Source: a virus
Lineage: Duplodnaviria > Caudoviricetes
Virus record (IMG/VR): IMGVR_UViG_3300025084_000012
Location: 1 to 64,000 of that record
Direction: 5' to 3' (one strand)
DNA: 64,000 nt
A program made the position numbers and the translations under genes. Shown here one piece after another: positions 60,301 through 64,000 of the stretch. Position 1 is the stretch's first letter. The number at the start of each line of letters is the position of its first letter. Below the pieces are notes generated by a model that did not search any database, was not told where the DNA came from, and saw nothing but the letters and a program-made list of their open reading frames with translations.

Positions 60301-60557
60301 TGACCATCTTTCATAAGAACCACACCACCGCAGTCGGGAACAACCCACGCTTCGATAGCCAAGCCATTTCCTAATACGTCAGCAATCATCCCTCGCCCTG
60401 TTGCATGAGAAACTATAGACGCTGAACTTTTACGGGTGATGGCTGTCTCTTTGTCGTAGTCTTCTCCTAACTTACTGAAGTTTCCCTGTGGTATAATGAC
60501 GCTATCACTCACACCATCAAAGAATAAAGCGTGGTTAGATTGAAGCATGATTGGCAT
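42378..60557 (-). CDS. Giant 6059-aa virion protein with N-terminal LamG/ConA-like domain and GSGY beta modules
   Basis: Uninterrupted ORF; ALFFDG..D.V.IP, IEAWV, YHLVA...IYING (LamG); GAGGTGA SD. Confidence 0.85.
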   Translation of the reverse strand: MPIMLQSNHALFFDGVSDSVIIPQGNFSKLGEDYDKETAITRKSSASIVSHATGRGMIADVLGNGLAIEAWVVPDCGGVVLMKDGQFRLSIGSVDTPGPVEFEANLSSSIGSMKVFLRSAQPETNGYDGQVYPVTTFDGLDDSYNRFDSGKDKATSLSQNQRPLYHLVACINNGKAEIYINGDLVAQQIIPIDATLVSNNSHVYIGGKGGEFRGVIEGIHVSSSFSNEMTTRNPSMVGDKTVSLYRFEEPVTPLKDVYTITGTSADSNLTLLAIDSTDAQALADALTGKTITDSSVDFTVSPYSTGDYSVIDRYSTPGTTINHLVPHVPYNLLINPGSINQDSKKPNGKPPERVRLHSIDINNGKLLVSSIHLDFKTTTNTNGLRPILHSTHTPANGANSFVVISADCLIENGTGRPYQPPHLATQLIDRAGQMLIDEGQYEQHAMVYSSRMSTTAVDTNNPFAVAWPTDLDESFQIGHSGRHTLNHVQGHHYLRLMPRANEETLDQQAGNSDILTLTYDAASKGIDSMFPINSQVDYYKDTASFETLRVVNDSIVHEIVSNGLSGADRTLIALGGASATSNDFDPLPFVLKGPVPQDMNNIDANVRKFHLHPSRDSRVALLHVPTLASRGLAPYVEVHYNAIDFTGASMSKTAPMLMIEKTVPASNYVVSSGVYVYDDIATDVAAGNATLYAAGGYIDVGKSKEGNLGSVNFSHSLVGDISEGFEADVELDERLTPANFTASGTVGNTTPQNLTASHTTKAQHDSVFHRILIERVADSGSLTLSSEFNRMTPHTVHGSPSAGQFDIGVTSSASPIHEIFDIIDNVEIKNSPTITHRFFVQPSDRARTNQLQYVYSKRDRPNSSNIATVMFLMGRSKLRGIEQVEDENGRSTLVHCVGLSDVASTRSINELGSGSPDSHVVKEIDPNAPVVSVTLGGVGQGAYDTKPSFDISTLAHLPYSSRRGFSCLATKVRVDLSTSNGTQFIEVSPLNNDSPDLASWGTYPFPKIGRIYLKNGANAEYQSKTGACFLFSDSHVSTRRFLLPNGNAVATFQEWVIGSGLRKDASALSGTQSQDFPLGEIIMGDGHFFIENLQSDGTTVNDRMFQSMDNVSHDYQLGTQFASTRALVEIPLFRGQFFIDKKNNSYPSPDNSLKLHIDPTMTAHTWNPSPVGRRYQDLPPSDRSAYGAYAKSILTNERKNQSNIVNFETLSSAYRVYVSNPTMFPAGDVTTSNTKHFNVDNVLLFRRVFLPSGEWAMYSNNPTTDGYIEIVKEKSYVSKGFISGLVTGTPLIMGNSYDSEVLVPLKGDALNVAADFENRSEYYYDSASVKTQGGNVDYGLRQYVSAVEFKAGPLSNPHAARVQSGRATGTILSVEPIMNGSVYTGFAHLIMSQEDVNKFPSIERQPNDINSDYEWKMGQAHYSLEIGTNTFVYFGEGNKNKSTLVSGGLTPTDSLDTLSSIIVMTKENNATPSYLKNDTLKGEVATLTKYGYDVFFSSDKYNTKLDNTVNKSHTGRAVFYSSPWEITGLTATDTLALSSATKSQLVQANTLYLNVKPNDWIYAEHEIGGSAVTVTLLGQVDYIVEGAIKGNPVTVPAVDSRIHLKAAVTGDNLASLNNMIAQASSSPTSDKVYIRTGCHSMMKNDEEACLNRTWLFPYAQGGLRRGDTVWMNMTYNNPHAVQGMFAKSRGVLNEALVWKGFNGGQGLMATEPRDSIPLENFLIGDSCIETARNFVQHVNKTIELNYTNLGISNPPTIAYLDPYLATEGHARVLLYDVAHDREFVAFQDIHMQVQTSPKAAELGFERLSSSLNVADGTDEIDLSNYSIKYNGGAQNPFITQIDVANGYPSQNKYIREYQHSNFMESAYAHNIANNMSNETLQPVTGIVTRLEPIGATFQHRQNGTGYATATNVATTSINAGGTGLRVNITAASGQITDIQVHTAGSGYNNSRGGREAKVRISGGGNNAVFKVFTTNTSVVNATTAMTQAALYGKAHGHFIHTGYHTGGPLAKKRTLGDSITSRTNNAVAIPYHANKEHDKTRKLFSSNDILIKALMQHRVSKGKSLSLKDGGSGYNNGTFYNVKTTTNGQGHGMTVDVTISGAAVVTAVINRQGDTSYEEGDTIFISDRSLHILPLATANVSGDGKGSFTLFMNRRNEETSTLFDTPDGTRVIPAFLALKGVRSEALDLSNMSETRLQHLPQWTQMDFTRRMTIDLGEVAVRDGITSVEAAATEVVRMINQAAAKKGRTHSNNTNKQYPVKIAGEADFATTGSTHDPVVWWDEDKAFESHDKGTHMGYVRAHLGRVVRDIDGNEEGFSVIIHSTVPGATGRNFAVWLDNSKGQVPYKPEFMIGHGGRFRTFWCLPDELSGENMHPAPMPLNKHGRPFAPITSLRQYTQPDESMQVVASKGEFSNNHDETTTPRLRAVSAHSGSGQNHNTLNTESLEVEGFNTSFTEGLRVGTNAVARINFGGLVSAGIPGFAPDAGQWGFGRKGNDKLANDYGQLTKVSNTDPATSYTGHIPTAQVFPDSIGDSSMYAMRLQDHRGVEHGIRYIYKNIGEKFALDNTLLPKTLENEIVVYFNHKDCSQGGFTIGKHMHGISDPTGRFPAIPDNAALANWRGNLWRGAPAPNASYNTDVVYNTTDKTITVTLYAPYDDCPHHDLLGYMGFPVENGVIHLSDPYNDIGEVSSLSAGSGYGAGLSGAVATGTGDGSGMTLSIDTNGSGEVTAVVITSLGEGSYTNGETITVVGQGGTNATFTFSNSLSGNWGNMFSYTHRTRDNNAGRTGTHVFHGVTGDTYSSQHKIHTHSSTAPKLTIGNYVVGEETDAISALITPVANWTTLVTDELMAAVTAAAINLSDPNEGTTFDCTDMYAADGRTFGEWGITEESISIKAYNTKGNIESISNFFTANLSQDVGIRASHIEYGEVESLKLNGDGVTVGGDGTRPIGDGLIAKGRSINCGYIPSTIIQITTKGRGHNANTATPNIVDSQNNPINTNTWRKNLIGENFIESSGDLILPNLDNPTLKMTNVHSASIMALHSDNEMWHFAKPAGQEASVNHYENGQTHDYTRVDSFGNKTSISYGIETAVTEGQNVNSGGFVSEKAFSQLSDENLRSSKWPSAIPSPAETLVIQKYADKRAYLFAGKRSLGSVHSLPIIHFTGARDGPDNYVPLYFGGGFSGATIDINDGTKNDYSEHNTHPYANGPTGSAGIQNANEVLSSFSTLDCNAIMAFFPATALLKQHHGSINPPVYNKDNILSQDLKRGAWAGVGSTHPNLAPYAAGVHMQVPSPMVLRFAHPTARYNDHRDGVENKTTYIIFGPGQAFPLTQEVTSPINTFEPHPGHAVSTGNTWSRVPNMTNSRPFLPNHIQNSTGEYMPERAATQLAKHRFHYRQVLNWESPVGIPDTVFLRERPENGRNYGNSLTTNAFEHYSTASNFTDDVAKAYAVVQPSRHAMFYGGGMVKNSDLCWHMDNGNHPGGSWMDNQITMNPPRESDSLRVALATGATQINKTAFRVAGTLATRMLYSNDNSSSPDFAAETLVHGDVDHEYIVVDATRCQNGEELACLLGAAINTFPGKGALKAIGGTFMPSMGNSTRQDRYGWLEARTTNIRNDVYGGATPVGTVTGATDVAGHGYSNNVVSTTPMVRTVTAPVTFTANVTSGVAAIAVTGTFPATIQAGQSISGTGIQANSVVASVDSVGGTVTVNPAPNVSNSGVTITYIHNTLGNTASSASNLKSGDCFIDLVVLAGAGVDEQANANRVPASGWLRTEANHDYGGAVSSSVKSSAWASYHSRAFYRDGTDLFCRFYLSNNKLTGLKAFEDGEAWRIYANTSTAFNSTSGSNVGGVTLPHPAVNTTGNPTVGTTVWIWSKSGTIGVDNSASSRFTTYGIGATHFSGIADAIDRTKPVGAVGWHGERYSYLNTLSVDSGFSAGLGAWHSMLGFSPYGGSSSCANVLGHLPHTTPLPNSPESMPPTDIPGRSLTNFPSDGDSEADSVSYGVDDPIAFGTYVVGWADGAQFNNPPVMRDMPEIQKELIHAQGTYSRALLVVAHEGELSLVARKDRDNYTSTGDYLLAGGTTQWDERFHHSDRFVAPANAGPNVEALIADNTAPPTISDYTASGVLDSSPFNAQIHLHGSISADTSLSNAEPCLAETGDLFFDIDKNVGILNHKEAAGIANRNLATDFITNSNPSTQMTSTTHATQSGIFWAGDVNAYDVLKRSPHKNFSTEHVVWKRMDGGTVTMPTSNARGLGAVPWITRVKDAVVGGAAGTAHQMGEKLYGNIRFSFETTNSAMMPVLQAQEIAHPTLAKEHPIAIGNVLEIPNEEIQFEDISVVDDTGQVHTLEGGSPLGIVIRAYKPASTRLASGLQPVPANSGIPPNFEIQLPDPESIPGNILIRSGFDPIQAYQTETFGDGGMIHPDLGATHLGHLFDNVVKSPRKGPTMNEVGWEHISQDENFPESTRDGWVTATGNNTLRSSYEQQDRALYFHITKMGHSHTEKFPTTYTHSAGVVNQALTVDSYTSTSITASATINENIFSTGFGTQEVADNRRFIRISNATGESVIASYESISSDVFDDLVGDIDFTQFMADNFAVGALTITPSYYVPAGSARIFAARRLRDHAEVSGNSPDMAHTEYFTGNALTTIHSRYSRPQLTPMPIPRMGHHFVNATMPMMPGHWAHPAYQGLYEKANSDHLALVRDEDYTTLADNLVEVDGTTNNQTSVPTAVKDRLFPLNPALRVGSLTANPSGPSDIHGGAFTLMFETKIKYDGYGILASKGTAGDMNKAGGHSIVLEAGGNYTQANHFPDPAEVGAYQIVIQPNLRSQQVTGFHLNNSSATTLPDVSTPSNNTAVLTSQQVSLVIGIKYDEERHSTLTDGANIGGVTLILAEATLADVRGCEIFLNEVILDHDPDHGSQLANIPPMLLYNPLGVQGSESPSFTRRGHPYHPTTPDVAFKDATPGFTTSIPWWSIMHQGTPSDASAVGFRHLSLYRIDNYYQFCRASYGAVAAQLTLAGYPSIYPDIYSKIMENVSLAPTCKVVGAHSSATAIQVDDASLFPEKPYYEQKLQYIDSSTGKTVSFSYTTRQGLSHSSATMNEPDVFHLPTGVTIADGTKLTLSKSYSTKSVNDIFTKDNESVLTKNLSQLLTGTRDTNSLFSTDSYLCAWSPNLGRPHTFYSDASRTWITNGDNHTLDRAVNNAAYNSMPQHFETIHYQDVNYTASHGPLTLQMKTPVPPKALAGTVSSVTTTTVTVITMSDTVTGVSNQDVLFANGRVLGRVNGVSGADITLYSEIFESNLAAGDKVYLDGDGEILSGTDINSISGLSAQGGAYMLTNYWPCGSRGGPLISRLDGYAMSSAAWHVPQSYAHNAGIHWKDDDDDGSYAVANGVSTTSLSSIRTYPFGYRFGLRQAWNRPQWGHYGMRAFQEQATHSGASNLAVGYKAGPLVEYETITSNGWLYAGGDSTQSSTNLPTTYVGILERGTTAAGMLNADKYEWQVRYSDGRRMTRGFGCALRTLKNASTVIRDWWGDSAGMGKNFYKDAVSYYLIDWWGNTRGEDIRRMPVRSFGINPSWDAGDAYEYDRTNGRTPYARIWNNNKPIFNLKGIAADSDTSSGAVLASPTVTIPRFGGRKNTGNNNADTTLVDVFAPTNALRVGDMGNGRGVRFPTQFNEDRLVELSAVYQNSGVVLSSNTAEPTFGQGLIRPRNDALQPSEIVRGISARLEVDEDGLLKPEATVSDKVESISGTSVHKDAVSRSSPRIGIDGDTVESLTGSNANMVAINSEAHSLHTNRGVGQRVVLHGGMQSGSQTLGDYDLTALSFAAQPHGGVMRFSHTSNFKPMGGTYILEARSFASPFDDTGWGRSGMSGTKTSNPYQTTSSVASQTNMADDSVQFMLRPIRLLDNQHIAVFRPALALHTDSKQNGSTAFTATAGGKYGMFTYSTPNGRASSGSYMRATNPNTSAPYQPVYLVESSSDTVPVSKGPKLPGTEVTGFDKTTLKSTVTRLVISENTLQHFKSDAPRRTGESKDYTVKPRFSQSLHSKGHKEDVSFNTSDHSGDA

Positions 60558-60566
60558 ATCGTCACC

Positions 60567-61796
60567 TCAAATAATCATGTCAATTGGTGCAAAGACCATT
60601 TGATATGTGTAATGCTGCTCCCCAGCGCTGTAGCCTACATCTAACTTCTGTATCGTGCCTTGAATACCAGTAGCATCGTCAGTAGTGCTAAACTCTTGAT
60701 TAGCACTACCTCTATTGTTATCAGATACTTTATCCCCTGTTGATTTGAAAATACCAGTGCGAATCAAAAAGTTACGCACGCTGTATTTTTTACCATTTTC
60801 AGCGGTAATCATTGAGTTGTAAGGTATCTGTAAACCAATAGGATAGTCTCCGTTGAAAAAAGCCTGAGTGCCTGTAGCCGCTATAGCACCAGCGGCGATA
60901 AGAGCAGTACCACCTGTGGCTACACCTACTGCTATACCAGCAAGTAAAGCGGCAGTACCTCTATCTGTGTTATGTAAAATACCATACAAGTCTTGCACTT
61001 TATCACCAGCAGATTTGTTATTCAAATCTGTAGCACTCGTGCCTCCACTGAATACTCTGTGATATGGAGCGTAGTCGCCACCAGCCCTAAATTCTATAGA
61101 AGCGGAAGTAGGCATACTCCCTGTTGTGCCTTGCGTAAGCGTAAGTTTTGAACTACCAGCAGCAGGTGCGAATTCAGATGTCGATACAGAACCATTGATT
61201 GTTGAATTAAGATGGCTACCGCCCAATGCTGTGATGATTGACTGGGCTATGACTGCTGGAGGGGTGAGTGTAGTGTGTGTGTAAATTTTTGTCCCTGAAG
61301 GGCCGGGGTCAGAATCGCTTGATGAGACATTTGATACACCGGGATTAGAAAAATCACCACTACCTGCTATAAAGAAAATCTCCAACACTGTTCCGTCTTG
61401 TTCCGTCAAAGTTAATTCACGAAGATTATCGTAAAAAACTCGGTCTGCTACTTGATTAAATTGTCCTACTGTGTTATTTTCAGCCTGATTTACAGCAAAG
61501 TCAATGACAGCAGTAGCGGCTGTAGCAGCCGATGAGCGTCGGTTTACATCGTCGTCAGTAAAGATACCTTCAATAACAATAGTAGAATTGACCATATTCA
61601 AGTCAATACCTATGCGCTTTCCTCCGAAAAGAGGAATAGGCATACCACCTACTTTTCGCTCTACACTGAGAGCAATAGAAAGAGCCTGAAGTTCCATAGG
61701 AGGAAAGGCTCCATTACCTCCACCAATGAAAGGAACGCCATCCAGTAGACCAGCATCGAAGTGAAGGCGAATTGGTGTGCCGTAGCCGTCGCTCAT
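60567..61796 (-). CDS. Putative distal tail/baseplate protein
   Basis: Directly downstream of the tape measure gene. Confidence 0.55.
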   Translation of the reverse strand: MSDGYGTPIRLHFDAGLLDGVPFIGGGNGAFPPMELQALSIALSVERKVGGMPIPLFGGKRIGIDLNMVNSTIVIEGIFTDDDVNRRSSAATAATAVIDFAVNQAENNTVGQFNQVADRVFYDNLRELTLTEQDGTVLEIFFIAGSGDFSNPGVSNVSSSDSDPGPSGTKIYTHTTLTPPAVIAQSIITALGGSHLNSTINGSVSTSEFAPAAGSSKLTLTQGTTGSMPTSASIEFRAGGDYAPYHRVFSGGTSATDLNNKSAGDKVQDLYGILHNTDRGTAALLAGIAVGVATGGTALIAAGAIAATGTQAFFNGDYPIGLQIPYNSMITAENGKKYSVRNFLIRTGIFKSTGDKVSDNNRGSANQEFSTTDDATGIQGTIQKLDVGYSAGEQHYTYQMVFAPIDMII

Positions 61797-63109
61797 CTTC
61801 CTGACCTCATTGTTGAACCACCGCTTGCACGAGAAATTTCTTGTTGAATAGTATTGCTTAACTGTCTTGCGAACTCACGCTTATTTGTTCTGTCTGTCAT
61901 TCCTGAAGCATTGATGCTGATGTTGAAGGTGTTACCGCCACCGCCACCGCCACCGCCTGTCATTTCAACAGGAATAGAACGACCATTAGGTAAAGGCACT
62001 ACAGCCTCAGTGCCGTGAAGAGTTACAGGATAACCACTGGAAGGCCCGGATGCTATACCACCTTCAGCGAATCCAAGCATTCCTCCTACTGCATCAATTC
62101 CTCCTCCAATGAAATCTCCTATAGAATCTATAGCATCTAAAACTGGCTCAAGTAAATCAGCCACCCATTCAACAGCGGCTGAAAGTGCATCAAAAACAGG
62201 AGATATGACATTTTCCCAAGCCCAAGAAATACCATCGGAAATAGCATCCCAAGCCATTTTAAGAGGTGTGAGAATGACATTCATAACCGACGACCATGCA
62301 CTAAAAAGTGGTTTTAGATAATTGTTGTAGGCTGAAACCATTGTAGACATTATCAAATCCCAATTATCTGCTAAGAAAGTAAAGGTATCGAAAAGTGGCT
62401 CAAAAATAGGCGTTAGGATAGGTGACAGGATATTATCCCATACCCACGCCATACCATCTATGATAATACCGAATGTTGTTCCTATGAGTTCTAAAATAGG
62501 TAACGCTATTTTTTTGAACATTTTGAAAAGTGGCATAACTACTAAGTCCCACGCTGTTTTAAAGTAAATTGTCAACCCTTTCCACAGCGTCTTTATGAGA
62601 GCAATACCAGTCTGTATAGGATTACCAACTGCATCCCAAAGAGGGACAATTAAATTATCCCACAACAACTTCATTCCAGTAGCAAAGTTATCCCAAAGCA
62701 CACCTAAGACAGTCATACCAGCCTCCATAACTGGGCCGACACTGTTCCATAATGGTGTGATTACTTCATCCCATAATACTTGCATACCGAGTAAAAAGAC
62801 ATCCCATGCTACTTTCAAAGTTTCAAATGCAACTCCAAGAGTGTCTATAACAAAATCAGCAATTGCCTGTATGACTGGCCCTGCTACCTCCCACAGCATA
62901 TCAAAAATTGGCATGATATTTTCATCAAACCAGTCCTTTATCACCTGAAACTTTTCCTTAATAAACGCTATAGCAGCACCAAAAGCACCAGTAACTGCTG
63001 ATATAGCAGTGCCGAAAATACCAGCAAGAGTACCAAAGATATTCGCAATCGCACCTGCTCCGCTTGACAACCCACTGAGAGCAACGGTTAAGCCAGCCAG
63101 TGCTACCAT
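61793..63109 (-). CDS. Tape measure protein
   Basis: Periodic Trp/Phe amphipathic repeats; FAEGG...GTEAVVPL; poly-Gly; follows the chaperone pair. Confidence 0.85.
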   Translation of the reverse strand: MVALAGLTVALSGLSSGAGAIANIFGTLAGIFGTAISAVTGAFGAAIAFIKEKFQVIKDWFDENIMPIFDMLWEVAGPVIQAIADFVIDTLGVAFETLKVAWDVFLLGMQVLWDEVITPLWNSVGPVMEAGMTVLGVLWDNFATGMKLLWDNLIVPLWDAVGNPIQTGIALIKTLWKGLTIYFKTAWDLVVMPLFKMFKKIALPILELIGTTFGIIIDGMAWVWDNILSPILTPIFEPLFDTFTFLADNWDLIMSTMVSAYNNYLKPLFSAWSSVMNVILTPLKMAWDAISDGISWAWENVISPVFDALSAAVEWVADLLEPVLDAIDSIGDFIGGGIDAVGGMLGFAEGGIASGPSSGYPVTLHGTEAVVPLPNGRSIPVEMTGGGGGGGGNTFNISINASGMTDRTNKREFARQLSNTIQQEISRASGGSTMRSGR

Positions 63110-63387
63110 CAGAAGTCCTCCCTGTTGAGGAAGTCATAGTCAAGAGATACTGTTTCTCGACCACCACTCTTTGCAGATTGTTTGTCCCGCTTGTGGGCTT
63201 TTTCTTCTTGTCTACGACCAACCATAGCCCATGTAAAAGACTGATAGAATTGTTGTGGACTCATTTCTTGTACCTCTTTAATCGAAACTGAATAATGTTT
63301 TGCTACAATATAGGCTTGCATTTCAAGTGAGAGTTCTAAATCGGCAGGGCTTTCTATTTTTTTGCGATGAAGAAAATCTTCAATCAC
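63109..63387 (-). CDS. Tail assembly chaperone, gpT-like part (probably a -1 frameshift extension)
   Basis: AYIVAKHY.VSIKEV.EMS..QF...W; -1 frame relative to the upstream ORF. Confidence 0.7.
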   Translation of the reverse strand: MIEDFLHRKKIESPADLELSLEMQAYIVAKHYSVSIKEVQEMSPQQFYQSFTWAMVGRRQEEKAHKRDKQSAKSGGRETVSLDYDFLNREDF

Positions 63388-63761
63388 TTGTTCCCGCCTT
63401 TGGTAAACCCCCCTGACATCATCTCTCCAAGTTCGTTAGGACTCGGCAATAATGCAGAGATTTGTTCACCAATGTGGCCTTTGAGTTTCATCAAGTCATC
63501 ATTTGACATAACTGGATTAGTTCGCACGACCCAGTGTGAAAAAGCATATTTGTAATACCCCTCAAGGTTAAGAGACATTTGACCATTTTTGTCAATGTTA
63601 AACATTTCTTGTGCGGCTTTTTGAATATCAAAGAAAGAAACATCACGCAACCAAACTTCCATGATGACATTAGGGTCATCAGGGTCTACGCTGATTTCGT
63701 GTTTTTGTTCGTCGTGCCTTCTCATTAAAAAATTCTTATTCGCTACTATCGTTTTGGTCAT
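63384..63761 (-). CDS. Tail assembly chaperone, gpG-like
   Basis: AGGTGA SD before ATG 63761; position upstream of the tape measure gene. Confidence 0.7.
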   Translation of the reverse strand: MTKTIVANKNFLMRRHDEQKHEISVDPDDPNVIMEVWLRDVSFFDIQKAAQEMFNIDKNGQMSLNLEGYYKYAFSHWVVRTNPVMSNDDLMKLKGHIGEQISALLPSPNELGEMMSGGFTKGGNK

Positions 63762-64000
63762 TAGTCTCACCTGTGGTCACAGCCGTCTCTTCAACGGGGG
63801 TGTCCGACTCTACTTCAGCAGCCGATTCTTCGGGGGCTTCAGTCTCAGTCGTGGACTCGGATATACCCTCGTCATCACGTTTCAAGCGTAATGCGAGTTC
63901 TGCCTTTGTACCGTAGGCTGGTAGCCCACGCTCTTTACAAAGTGCCTTTAATTCTTTGACGGTCATAGCGTCATAGGTAAGTTCTGTTGGAAAATCTTCA
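63736..64000 (-). CDS. SAP/HeH-domain protein with acidic tail (5' truncated by the window edge)
   Basis: YDAMTVKELKALCKERGLPAYGTKAELALRL; frame open to 64000. Confidence 0.8.
   Translation of the reverse strand, partial: EDFPTELTYDAMTVKELKALCKERGLPAYGTKAELALRLKRDDEGISESTTETEAPEESAAEVESDTPVEETAVTTGETNDQNDSSE

Noticed and set aside
1-64000. tRNA, rRNA, integrase, transposase, capsid or terminase genes
   Set aside because: None recognisable by eye; head genes probably lie beyond 64000; a tRNAscan-SE run would be decisive for tRNAs

Overview
A 64-kb segment of a tailed dsDNA archaeal virus (Caudoviricetes), most like the magroviruses of Marine Group II Euryarchaeota; the host and group assignment is inference. 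Archaeal signals are GAGGTGA Shine-Dalgarno sites, TATA-type promoters, a group II chaperonin, an RFC small subunit, a PCNA-sized clamp, PolB, a PriS-PriL primase, XPF and an MCM-like ATPase. Two convergent blocks meet near 37.8 kb. The + strand block (about 0.5-37.8 kb) holds early/accessory genes, two C5 DNA methyltransferases, a DenV-like glycosylase, a near-complete replisome and a chaperonin. The - strand block (37.8-64 kb) is a tail module: chaperones, tape measure, a 6059-aa giant protein and a C1q-tipped fibre. Twelve copies of a 19-bp GTTGATATATAAAG(C/G)AACA element punctuate the + block. The best leads are a dikinase-like phosphotransferase paired with a Cys-phosphatase, an unannotated 47-aa double PIP-box peptide after polB, and that 12-copy TATA regulon. 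Further leads are TFB-like and TFS-like miniproteins, an SD-sequestering RNA structure before the clamp gene, a degenerate DNA ligase, and repeat-bounded gene cassettes. All family calls come from motif reading by eye; no searches were run.
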